The notes beneath the pieces were generated by a model, which was given only the letters and a program-made list of their open reading frames with translations, was not told the DNA's origin and did not search any database. Shown here in pieces: positions 8,331 to 16,009 of a stretch of 37,430 bases of DNA. This stretch comes from an uncultured Verrucomicrobia subdivision 3 bacterium (lineage in GTDB: Bacteria > Verrucomicrobiota > Verrucomicrobiia > Limisphaerales > UBA11358), in NCBI GenBank assembly GCA_903861445.1, contig CAIOUK010000120.1, positions 1 through 37,430 on the forward strand. Reading direction: 5' to 3'. Made by a program: the position numbers and the translations under genes. The stretch's first letter is position 1, and each line of letters begins with the position of its first letter.

Positions 8331-8374
8331 ATGGCGGACTCGTATTGCGGGTTCGAGTCCCGTTGGCCACCCCA
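8331..8374 (+). other. 3'-terminal fragment of tRNA-His (T-arm, acceptor 3' strand, discriminator C, CCA); putative att site
   Basis: 8347..8374 reads GCGGG TTCGAGT CCCGT TGGCCAC C CCA. The ...GCCACCCCA terminus with discriminator C is characteristic of bacterial tRNA-His. The ~80 nt upstream is AT-rich and contains no 5' acceptor strand, D-arm or GUG anticodon loop. Confidence 0.65.
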
Positions 8375-8478
8375 TTTCCCCTCTTTCCGGCGGCAGTGGA
8401 ATCAAATGTTAAATCGGTGCAACGCTTCCTCATTCGGCTTGATGGCTGTTGGAATCAGGATAAAATGGCTGCTTAAGC

Positions 8479-9324
8479 ATGAGCCGACTCGTCATCGAAG
8501 CCGAACACGCCGAAAGCGCCTATTGGTCCGATCTCTGGCGGTATCGTGAATTATTTTTCTTCCTGTCGTGGCGTGATATTCTGGTGCGTTACAAGCAGAC
8601 GACCATTGGCGTGCTGTGGGCGTTGATTCGTCCGGTGTTGACGATTGGCATTTTCACCTTTTTATTCGGCAAGCTGGCCAAAATGGATTCGGAAGGCATC
8701 CCCTTTCCGGTTTTTGTCTGCGCCGCAACCCTGCCATGGCAATTTTTTGCGACCGCCATGAGTGAGGCCAGCAACAGCCTCATCACCAACGCAAACATGT
8801 TGAGCAAAATTTACTTTCCGCGCCTGATTGTTCCGGCCAGCGCGGTCATTGTTAGTTTGGCGGACCTGCTCCTTTCGCTGGTGATTCTGGCGGGGTTGAT
8901 GGTGTGGTATCAGGTGGCTCCCAACTGGCGGTTGGTCACGCTGCCGCTATTCACGGCGCTCGCGCTGTTCGCCGCGCTGGGCGTGGGTTTCTGGCTCTCC
9001 GCGCTGAACGTGAAATACCGCGACTTCCGTTATGTAATCCCGTTCATCGTGCAATTCGGATTTTTCCTGTCGCCGGTCGGTTACAGCCGGGAGGAAATTC
9101 TCCGCAAAATGGGCGATGGCGTTTTCGGTCCGGTCATCTATGCGTTGTATCCGTTCAACCCGATGGTGGGCGTGATCAACGGCTTCCGCTGGGCGATTGG
9201 TGGCGCGCCGCTGTCGCTCGACTGGAACAGCGTCTGGGTCTCGCTGCTGGTGACAACCTTGCTCGTGGTTTTCGGCCTGCGCTATTTCCGGGCGACCGAG
9301 GAAACATTTGCGGACATCATTTGA
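8479..9324 (+). CDS. wzm: ABC-2 type polysaccharide export permease (Wzm/TagG/KpsM family)
   Basis: The 281-aa product has about six hydrophobic helices. The N-terminus YWSDLWRYRELFFFLSWRDILVRYKQTTIGVLWALIRP is the conserved ABC-2 permease start. The gene sits immediately upstream of the ATPase. Confidence 0.9.
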   Translation: MSRLVIEAEHAESAYWSDLWRYRELFFFLSWRDILVRYKQTTIGVLWALIRPVLTIGIFTFLFGKLAKMDSEGIPFPVFVCAATLPWQFFATAMSEASNSLITNANMLSKIYFPRLIVPASAVIVSLADLLLSLVILAGLMVWYQVAPNWRLVTLPLFTALALFAALGVGFWLSALNVKYRDFRYVIPFIVQFGFFLSPVGYSREEILRKMGDGVFGPVIYALYPFNPMVGVINGFRWAIGGAPLSLDWNSVWVSLLVTTLLVVFGLRYFRATEETFADII

Positions 9325-9328
9325 AATC

Positions 9329-10585
9329 ATGAGTGCCGCCATCCGGGTCGAAAACATTTCAAAAAAATACATCCTCCGGCACCAGACCGGCGGACGTTCG
9401 CGCTATGTTTCATTGCGCGACGTGCTGGCGCGCAGGGCGAAGGCTTTGTTCCAAAAAAATCCGGCGGATGCCAGCCGCGAGGAGTTTTGGGCGCTCAAGG
9501 ATGTCTCGTTTGAAATCAAACAGGGCGAAGCCGTGGGCATCATCGGGCGCAACGGCGCGGGCAAATCCACCCTGCTCAAAATCTTGAGCCGCATCACCAA
9601 GCCAACGCGGGGGCGGATTGAAATTGAGGGGCGTGTGGCGAGCCTGCTGGAGGTCGGCACCGGCTTTCATCCCGAACTGACCGGGCGCGAAAACATTTTT
9701 CTCAACGGCGCGATTCTGGGCATGCACCGGGCAGAAATCAAAGGTAAGTTCGACGAGATTGTGGCGTTTGCCGAGGTGGAAAAGTTTTTGGATACGCCGG
9801 TGAAACATTTTTCCAGCGGCATGTATATGCGGCTGGCCTTTGCCGTGGCCGCGCATCTGGAACAGGAGATTTTGATCGTGGACGAGGTGCTGGCGGTGGG
9901 CGACGCCGCCTTCCAGAAAAAATGCCTGGGCAAAATGAATGACGTCAGCCAGAGCGGACGCACCATCCTGTTTGTGAGCCACAACATGGAGGCCATCACC
10001 CGGCTTTGTTCTCGGTGCCTCTATCTTGTAAAAGGCGAATTGAAACTGCAGGGCGAAACCCGCGAGGTCATCCGGGCCTATTCGGAACATTCCAAACAGC
10101 TTTCCGGGGAAATTGATCTGACGCCGTTACCGCGCCGGTTTGAAGGCAACGGTGCGGCGCAATTGCTCCGATTGCGGAGCGTTCAAAATCGAAACACGGC
10201 CGCCTGGTGTTACGAATATGGAACGCCCTTGGAGTTTGCGGTGGAGTTTTCTGTTTCCCGGACGCTGGAAGAACCTGAAATTGGCTATGCCATTTTTTCG
10301 ATCACCGGAACCGAACTGGTTTCAACCACGACCTATCAGGAATGTCCACTGGAACAGCTCTTGCCGGGGCAATATTCCATGCGAATCACCATTCCCGATT
10401 TGTCGCTCAACCCTGGCACCTATGTTCTTGCCCTCGGCATTGCGACTTCTGGAAGAAGTGCGGATCACATCCTCGAAGCGACGCAAATTGAAATCTTGCC
10501 CTCACAACTTTCCATTGAAAAGGGATTACATAAGATTTGGTCTCCGATAACTCCGCATACCATTTTTGAGTTGAATCACATTTAG
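9329..10585 (+). CDS. wzt: Polysaccharide ABC exporter ATP-binding protein (Wzt/TagH family) with a ~170-aa C-terminal extension (Wzt_C-like)
   Basis: Walker A is GIIGRNGAGKSTLLK, the signature is FSSGMYMRLAFAVA and Walker B is ILIVDEVLAVGD. The nucleotide-binding domain ends near aa 240 and a beta-rich tail follows. The ATG at 9329 lies 5 nt after the wzm stop. Confidence 0.9.
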   Translation: MSAAIRVENISKKYILRHQTGGRSRYVSLRDVLARRAKALFQKNPADASREEFWALKDVSFEIKQGEAVGIIGRNGAGKSTLLKILSRITKPTRGRIEIEGRVASLLEVGTGFHPELTGRENIFLNGAILGMHRAEIKGKFDEIVAFAEVEKFLDTPVKHFSSGMYMRLAFAVAAHLEQEILIVDEVLAVGDAAFQKKCLGKMNDVSQSGRTILFVSHNMEAITRLCSRCLYLVKGELKLQGETREVIRAYSEHSKQLSGEIDLTPLPRRFEGNGAAQLLRLRSVQNRNTAAWCYEYGTPLEFAVEFSVSRTLEEPEIGYAIFSITGTELVSTTTYQECPLEQLLPGQYSMRITIPDLSLNPGTYVLALGIATSGRSADHILEATQIEILPSQLSIEKGLHKIWSPITPHTIFELNHI

Positions 10586-10690
10586 AATGTAAATTCGCTG
10601 ATGCCAGTGAAACCGCTAAACCCTAAATATGTTCTGGCTGTTGTTTCCGAAGAACGGAGGCACAGATGGATCCGATGAATACTCGCTAAA

Positions 10691-11788
10691 GTGACCCGCC
10701 TCCGCCCATACCTGCTCGCCGCGCTCCCCGCTTCTTTGCGGTTATTTCTCCAATCGTTACGAAAAAAATTCCGCGACCGGATTGATTATTTGTATTTTCC
10801 GCTCTGGCTGGCTTTTCAATGCGCCCGTCACCGGAAAAATGCCGTGATTCTCTATCGCCTCGCTGCGCTCGGCGACGTCGTTTGCACGCTGCCCCTGTGC
10901 GGGGAGATTCGCAAACGCCATCCCGACCGGCTGCTGGTTTATGTCACGTTTGGCGGCTATAAAAAAATGGTTCTGCTTTCCCGCGCGATCGATTGCGTTT
11001 ATGGCGTTTCCTGGAGCTACGGCACGCCCTGGAATTACCCCGGACATTTGTTTGGCCTGGTGGAAAAAGTTTATCTCCCGCAAACGACAGAAGAACGCTC
11101 CCCAAATGTCGGCGGACAGGCTCATTTGGTGGATGAGCTTGCGGTTTCATGCGGCCTGATCATTCCAGATTTGAGCCGTCAGCCGCGTTTTTTCCTGCCG
11201 CCCGGGCTGATTGAAATTTTTCAGACCAAACATGAATTGGCGGGAGCGGTCTCCGCAAAAAAAATTATTATCGGCATCAACTGCGGACGCACCTGGCCGG
11301 TGCGAATGTGGGACGTGACAAAATGGCAGACTCTCGTGGACAAAATTCACGCAGACTACGACGCCGTCATTTTGCAATTTGGGCTGACGCAAGGCAACCA
11401 AGACGAGTTCGAACATTTGCGTGGCGTGAAATTGCTGGTGAACCGGCTGCAGTCGGATGAACTGGTCGCGCTCATTGCCGGTTGCGATTTGCTCGTCTCA
11501 ATTGATTCAGGTCCGGTGCATATTGCCGGAGCGGTCGGCACGCCGGTGGTTGGATTATTTGGCGCGGTGAATCCGCGCCACCGTCTGCCGCCGGATTCGC
11601 CGTCATCCGCTGTGTTCAGCGATGTGCCGTGTCTTTTTTGCCAGCACGCGACCCCCGTCGGTCACTGGAAGGATGGCTGTCCAAATAACATTGGTTGCAT
11701 GAAAAAACTGGAGGTCGAGCCGGTTTTTCAGGCCGTAAAATCCATGCTCTCAAACCGCCGGAATATGGGGTCGCCCGCATCGCCTTGA
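10691..11788 (+). CDS. Glycosyltransferase family 9 (heptosyltransferase-like)
   Basis: The motif LIAGCDLLVSIDSGPVHIAGAVGTPVVGLFG is the canonical GT9 C-terminal motif. The start is a GTG at 10691. Confidence 0.8.
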   Translation: MTRLRPYLLAALPASLRLFLQSLRKKFRDRIDYLYFPLWLAFQCARHRKNAVILYRLAALGDVVCTLPLCGEIRKRHPDRLLVYVTFGGYKKMVLLSRAIDCVYGVSWSYGTPWNYPGHLFGLVEKVYLPQTTEERSPNVGGQAHLVDELAVSCGLIIPDLSRQPRFFLPPGLIEIFQTKHELAGAVSAKKIIIGINCGRTWPVRMWDVTKWQTLVDKIHADYDAVILQFGLTQGNQDEFEHLRGVKLLVNRLQSDELVALIAGCDLLVSIDSGPVHIAGAVGTPVVGLFGAVNPRHRLPPDSPSSAVFSDVPCLFCQHATPVGHWKDGCPNNIGCMKKLEVEPVFQAVKSMLSNRRNMGSPASP

Positions 11789-11898
11789 ACCCATGACCGG
11801 GAATTGCCGCCATGCCGCACTTGAGGTCCAGTTTGGGCTTGTCGGTTCACTTGATTCCCAATCATCATGTCCAGAAGCAAGCTCGCGAGTAACATCCA

Positions 11899-12636
11899 AT
11901 GTCTAAAATAGATTACAACCATTCCAGCAACATTCACACGCTGGAAGGACCGCAGGTTGTCTTGCCGGTAATCATGGACATCATCAGGGCAAAAAGCCTG
12001 CTGGATGTTGGCTGCGGTATCGGCACCTGGCTTAAGGCGGCGCAGAAATCTGGTATTACGGATATTTTTGGGGTTGAAGGCGCGACCATGCCGCCAGAAC
12101 AGCTGCTGGTCTCTCCGTCTTTATTTCGCCAGCAAGACCTCACCCGGCCATGGAATCTCGGACGCCGGTTTGAGGCGGCGCTTTGCCTCGAGGTGGCTGA
12201 ACATCTGGATGGGCAATATGCCGGAGTCTTGATTGACGCACTAGCGACCCATTCCGATTGTGTGGTGTTCAGCGCCGCGTGTCCCGGACAGCCTGGACAA
12301 CATCATGTGAACTGCCAGTGGCCGGCCTATTGGCAAAAATTATTCAACGAACGTGGCTTTGTTTGCACGGATGAAGTTCGCTGGCGGATTTGGGATGATG
12401 AGCGCATTGAGCCGTGGTATCGGCAGAACCTATTTGTCGCCCGCCGCAATGCTGGGGAAGCCGGGCGGGAACCGAGGCTTCCGGCGGTCATGCATCCCGC
12501 CATTTACCGCCTGATTGCGGACGCGGAATTTTCTGAAAATATGCGGTTTGTCGCGCAAGGCCAGTTGCCGTTTCTCTGGTATTTCCGGTGTCTGCCAATG
12601 GCCTTGTTAAGGAAGATTGGGAGAATGTTCACATGA
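11899..12636 (+). CDS. Class I SAM-dependent methyltransferase
   Basis: Motif I is LLDVGCGIGTWL and the post-I/II region is ALCLEVAEHL. Product is 245 aa. Confidence 0.8.
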   Translation: MSKIDYNHSSNIHTLEGPQVVLPVIMDIIRAKSLLDVGCGIGTWLKAAQKSGITDIFGVEGATMPPEQLLVSPSLFRQQDLTRPWNLGRRFEAALCLEVAEHLDGQYAGVLIDALATHSDCVVFSAACPGQPGQHHVNCQWPAYWQKLFNERGFVCTDEVRWRIWDDERIEPWYRQNLFVARRNAGEAGREPRLPAVMHPAIYRLIADAEFSENMRFVAQGQLPFLWYFRCLPMALLRKIGRMFT

Positions 12637-12647
12637 ACAAAAGCTAC

Positions 12648-12773
12648 CCCAATAACATCCGCTGCATGAAGGAATTGGATGTTCAATCCGTTTTTCAAGC
12701 CGTGAAATCTATGTTGTCAAATCGCGAGGTGGTTGCGTCAAGCCAACTAAAAGCTTTTGGCCTAAAAAAATAA
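12648..12773 (+). pseudogene. Relic C-terminal fragment of a second GT9 gene
   Basis: It translates to PNNIRCMKELDVQSVFQAVKSMLSNR. The end of the GT9 gene (11681..11758) reads PNNIGCMKKLEVEPVFQAVKSMLSNR. That is 21/26 identical residues with many synonymous nucleotide differences. No GT9 N-terminal part lies upstream, because the methyltransferase gene occupies that space. Confidence 0.6.
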
Positions 12774-12787
12774 ATCCCTCTTAATAT

Positions 12788-14842
12788 ATGCGTCATAATA
12801 TTCTCGTGATCTTGATCACGGTTGCTTGGATTGTCGGATTTCACGTTTGTTTCGGTGATAGCCCGAAACTCTCTATCACCAGATCCAATGCGAATATGAT
12901 ACTTACATGGCCCCAAACCAGTGGCAGTTGGCAGTTGTTTGAAACGCAGGGTCTGGATTATTATTCCACCTCAAACGGCGTGCCTTACAAGAAAGTATAC
13001 CCTCGGACGTTCGCTCCTAATTCTAGTTACAGCACAAACGGAGCTAATATATTGGTGGTTTATCCCACAGACTTTTCGGCGACAACGGCGTTTTTCCTAT
13101 TGCATACGAACAATCCTCCACCAAAGGGCGTGAACGGCTGGTTCAACTGCTGTAACGCCATCAACAACACTTCCGATTTCACAAACTTGGTTAATTTGAT
13201 GGTCAATGATGGCATGGTTAAGAATGGCTGGAACTGGCTGCTGTTTGACGTTGGCCCAGAACCGGCACCAGCTTACGACTCTCCATTTCCGTTGGTGACA
13301 AACTCGACGCCATATCCGGCTTTGACCAATGCGACCGGCTGGCTGGACTTCGATGCGGGGGCCTTCCCAGAAGGCGCGAAGTGGCTGATTGCCTACGCCC
13401 ACACTAACGGCGTGAAGATTATTCTCTACGCCTTCAACTCGCCGGGTGGCGGCACTGGTAGTTATGTTGGTTCAAACTACGTCCAGCGCGCCCAGCCCGG
13501 CATCTATGGCGATACTTATTATTATGCGTGGCTGGCGAATGCGATTACGAATTGGGGATTGGACGGGATAAAAGATGACGCGAATCGGGACGGCATAGCC
13601 CGATACACGAACGCTGTTCTTCAGGCCAAAGTGATTGCCGATTGTAGCGCGGTTACGGGGAAATCTTTTTACGTCAACACACCCTGCATCCGAGGCTACG
13701 AGACATGGTTCAATGGACTGTATAACTCATGGCGCATTGGGACTTATCCGTATGGCGATGTGAATAATTTTCCCGCTTATTACAACTGGCTGGACATAGC
13801 CCCTTTTGGGCTCACGCAGCCGAATAGCTTCAATGATTTCGACGAGATGTATCAAAGAGCCGACTTCATTGTTCTGTCAGGCAATCCTCTTTTCCGTAAC
13901 GAACTTGCGACGATGACGATGGCTAATGCGCCATTACTTTCGGGTCAAGTGCCAACGCAGCAGCGGATTTTTCCGGCGCAGGAAGGCTGGTTTTATGATT
14001 TTTACGACAACCCCTTGATTAACTCAATTCAAGCCGACTTCACCAGTTCAATGCAGAAGGTGAGTTCAAACAATCTGGCGGTGGTCTATTCCAAGAAATT
14101 GGCCGACGGAACCTTTGCTTTCGTGCTGCAAAATCGGGCTTCTACCAACCAGACCATTTCCATTTCGTTGACGAATCTTTATCCGCTGGTTTCGACGCCA
14201 GTGTTCACCATCCACGACATTTTCCGCAACGCGCCCACAGTTCTGGCAACAAATAATTACACGGTGAGCGTTGCGGCGAATTATCTGGAGTGGTTCAAGG
14301 TGATTCCCGGTGTGGAGCAGCAATTCGCGGCGGGGACGAACAACCTCACCTACTACGCTTGGTCAACCAACAGTTTTGTGTATTGCGGAGAGACGGTGCA
14401 GGTCAATAATTACAACAACGGAACGGGTGGCCCATTCCCGCTAACAGGGTCGTGGCCGTTCCCAGCGACCAATCAAACCGGCATCGTCATGCCTACGGCT
14501 GGCACCAATGCACTGACGTGGTTTATTGGGGGTGTCGGCACCACTTTCTCCGCCACACTGGGGGCGCAATTCGCTAACAATTGGTTCAAGGTTCTGGGCG
14601 ACACTACCGTGCTTTGGAGCGGGAACGTGCTTTCCGGCACGGTCACCAACATCGCTGTGTCGGTGGCGGGCTACAACAATCTCACCATCACCTACACGAA
14701 TAATAATTATCAAGGGGCGACTGCAACTTCGATTGGCTTGATTGGCGACCCTCTGTTGGTTTGTTCAAGCCAGACGGCAATTGACCCGAAAACAGGACTG
14801 TCTAAAATGGTTTCTCTTCAGGTTGGTTCGACAAATTATTAA
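12788..14842 (+). CDS. Secreted GH27-like (alpha-galactosidase / alpha-N-acetylgalactosaminidase fold) glycoside hydrolase with extra N- and C-terminal beta-rich domains
   Basis: It has a signal peptide. Collinear matches to GH27 landmarks are:
- NGWFNCCN (GWNSWN)
- FPEGAKWLIAYAHTNGVKIILY ([22 protein letters not shown])
- NWGLDGIKDDAN (SWGVDYLKYDNC, nucleophile Asp)
- NSWRIGTYPYGDV (NSWRTTGDI, acid/base Asp)
- ANAPLLSG (AKAPLLIG)
- FAFVLQNR (AVVLWNR)
The IDDCW box is degenerate (FDVGP). Confidence 0.65.
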   Translation: MRHNILVILITVAWIVGFHVCFGDSPKLSITRSNANMILTWPQTSGSWQLFETQGLDYYSTSNGVPYKKVYPRTFAPNSSYSTNGANILVVYPTDFSATTAFFLLHTNNPPPKGVNGWFNCCNAINNTSDFTNLVNLMVNDGMVKNGWNWLLFDVGPEPAPAYDSPFPLVTNSTPYPALTNATGWLDFDAGAFPEGAKWLIAYAHTNGVKIILYAFNSPGGGTGSYVGSNYVQRAQPGIYGDTYYYAWLANAITNWGLDGIKDDANRDGIARYTNAVLQAKVIADCSAVTGKSFYVNTPCIRGYETWFNGLYNSWRIGTYPYGDVNNFPAYYNWLDIAPFGLTQPNSFNDFDEMYQRADFIVLSGNPLFRNELATMTMANAPLLSGQVPTQQRIFPAQEGWFYDFYDNPLINSIQADFTSSMQKVSSNNLAVVYSKKLADGTFAFVLQNRASTNQTISISLTNLYPLVSTPVFTIHDIFRNAPTVLATNNYTVSVAANYLEWFKVIPGVEQQFAAGTNNLTYYAWSTNSFVYCGETVQVNNYNNGTGGPFPLTGSWPFPATNQTGIVMPTAGTNALTWFIGGVGTTFSATLGAQFANNWFKVLGDTTVLWSGNVLSGTVTNIAVSVAGYNNLTITYTNNNYQGATATSIGLIGDPLLVCSSQTAIDPKTGLSKMVSLQVGSTNY

Positions 14843-15033
14843 GACTCGCATACACCGCCGCACCTTTTTGATGCACCGGTGCGTCTCGGAGAACCAACCT
14901 TGCGTCGTTTTGATTCGAGGTCGTGTCAAAACGGCGGGGCCTTGCCGGTCTGGTCGGCACCCAAACACGCCGGTATTGGTGGAGATAACCATTGAAAGTT
15001 TGTTGAGCTTTGATTAACTATCAGCCCGCGATT

Positions 15034-15981
15034 ATGCCCGCAATTTCCGTCATCCTCTGCACCCACAATCCGCGCGAAGATTATTTGTCACGCGTGCTGG
15101 ATGCCTTACGCGCGCAGACGTTACCGCTTGCGGATTGGGAATTGCTGCTGGTGGACAACGCCTCGGAAAAACCGCTGGCCGGGCGGATTGAACTTTCGTG
15201 GCAGCCAAACGCACGCCATGTCCGCGAGGAAAAAACCGGACTGACCCACGCCCGTTTGTGCGGCATTGCCGAAGCGCGCGGGGAACTGCTGGTCTTTGTG
15301 GATGACGACAACGTGCTCCGGGCGGATTATCTTCAAGCTGCCCTGAAAATCAGCACGGATTATCCGTGGCTGGGTGCCTGGAGCGGCAGTTGCCTCCCGG
15401 AATTTGAAGTCGAGCCGCCGCCGGAACTCCGCCCGTGGCTTGGCGGGCTGGTCATTGAAAAATTGACCGTGCCGCTCTGGGCCAAGCTGCGGAAGTCTTC
15501 CGAAGCCACACCGATGGGGGCGGGAATGGTCGTGCGCCAGTCGCAGGGCCGGCATTACCGGGAACTGGTGCTGAAAGAACCTTTACGACAATCCTTGGAT
15601 CGCAGCGGCCAGTCGCTGGGCGGCGGCGGCGATACGGACATGGCCTTGTGCGGTTTTGATCTTGGCTTTGGCACTGGACGTTTCCCGGAATTAGAATTGA
15701 CCCATCTGATATCGGCGCGAAAGCTTACGCTCAAATATCTGGAAAATATTCATGAAGGGTTTGGTCGTGCCCAGATTATAGTGAGCGCTGCTTACAAGCT
15801 CGAAAAAATTTCCCGGAAATATCAGTGGGGTGGCTTGTATATTTTTTCCTTGAATATCCTTCTACTCGCGTCGGGTAAAAGTCGAGTTGAACGACGAATC
15901 CGGCTGGCTGAAGAGAAAGGCCGATGGCGGGCGAGCCGCGGACTTAAGAAAAGCTTTGAAACTGGTTGTGAATCGGTTTGA
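15034..15981 (+). CDS. Glycosyltransferase family 2
   Basis: The N-terminus ISVILCTHNPREDYLSRVLDALRAQT..ELLLVDNAS is GT-A type, and the DXD motif is VFVDDDN. I prefer the ATG at 15034 over the TTG at 15010. Confidence 0.85.
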   Translation: MPAISVILCTHNPREDYLSRVLDALRAQTLPLADWELLLVDNASEKPLAGRIELSWQPNARHVREEKTGLTHARLCGIAEARGELLVFVDDDNVLRADYLQAALKISTDYPWLGAWSGSCLPEFEVEPPPELRPWLGGLVIEKLTVPLWAKLRKSSEATPMGAGMVVRQSQGRHYRELVLKEPLRQSLDRSGQSLGGGGDTDMALCGFDLGFGTGRFPELELTHLISARKLTLKYLENIHEGFGRAQIIVSAAYKLEKISRKYQWGGLYIFSLNILLLASGKSRVERRIRLAEEKGRWRASRGLKKSFETGCESV

Positions 15982-16009
15982 CGATTACTTTGGCCGGCAG
16001 CAAAATATT

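Larger units (their letters stand above)
2179..8374 (-). mobile_element. Integrative genetic element (tyrosine-integrase type, P4/PICI-like gene content). This is the minimum extent; the left end was not located.
   Basis: A co-oriented minus-strand module runs int, orphan, AlpA/Xis-like HTH, 120-aa orphan, RepA-like P-loop+wHTH, two orphans. Its right end is a 3' tRNA-His fragment (8331..8374). GC counted by hand on single 60-nt lines is about 37% inside (e.g. 2521..2580) versus about 60% in the adjacent glycan locus (e.g. 9541..9600). No second att copy is in the window, so the left boundary is unknown and may lie left of position 1. Confidence 0.6.

Noticed and set aside
8300-8374. Intact tRNA or tmRNA gene ending at 8374
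   Set aside because: The preceding ~80 nt contain no complementary 5' acceptor strand, D-arm or anticodon stem-loop. A tmRNA would need a G3:U70 alanine identity pair; here position 70 is C, implying G3:C70. Only a 3' fragment is supported.
8251-8433. Long N-terminal extension of the integrase ORF (track ORF 7096..8433)
   Set aside because: The extension reads antisense through the tRNA-His fragment and AT-rich spacer, and its sequence is low-complexity. The internal ATG at 8250 gives the canonical integrase N-terminus (MASVKRHPRSPFW...).
9410-10090. 226-aa antisense ORF inside wzt. Similar shadow ORFs lie at 15944..16546, 16551..17100, 17097..17633, 17980..18390, 23331..23730 and 35926..36390.
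   Set aside because: All are antisense or out of frame relative to ORFs carrying unambiguous Walker, GT, methyltransferase or MBL motifs. None has recognisable motifs of its own.
14859-14883. Hairpin (CGCACC / GGTGCG) and 10-bp palindrome GCACCGGTGC (14873..14882) after the GH27-like gene, considered as a terminator
   Set aside because: The stem is only 6 bp with a 13-nt loop and there is no downstream T tract. It could be a protein-binding palindrome, but there is no supporting evidence.
14906-14933. Inverted repeat CGTTTTGA ... TCAAAACG (8 bp, 12-nt loop) upstream of the GT2 gene
   Set aside because: It has no U-tract and no repetition elsewhere in the window. That is insufficient to call a regulatory element.
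15887-16009. N-terminal extensions of the methyltransferase (15887) and of GT4 (17824..18012) as given by the longest-ORF track
   Set aside because: Both extensions overlap the preceding gene by more than 90 nt. Internal ATGs (16010, 18013) lie just after the upstream stop and give typical N-termini.
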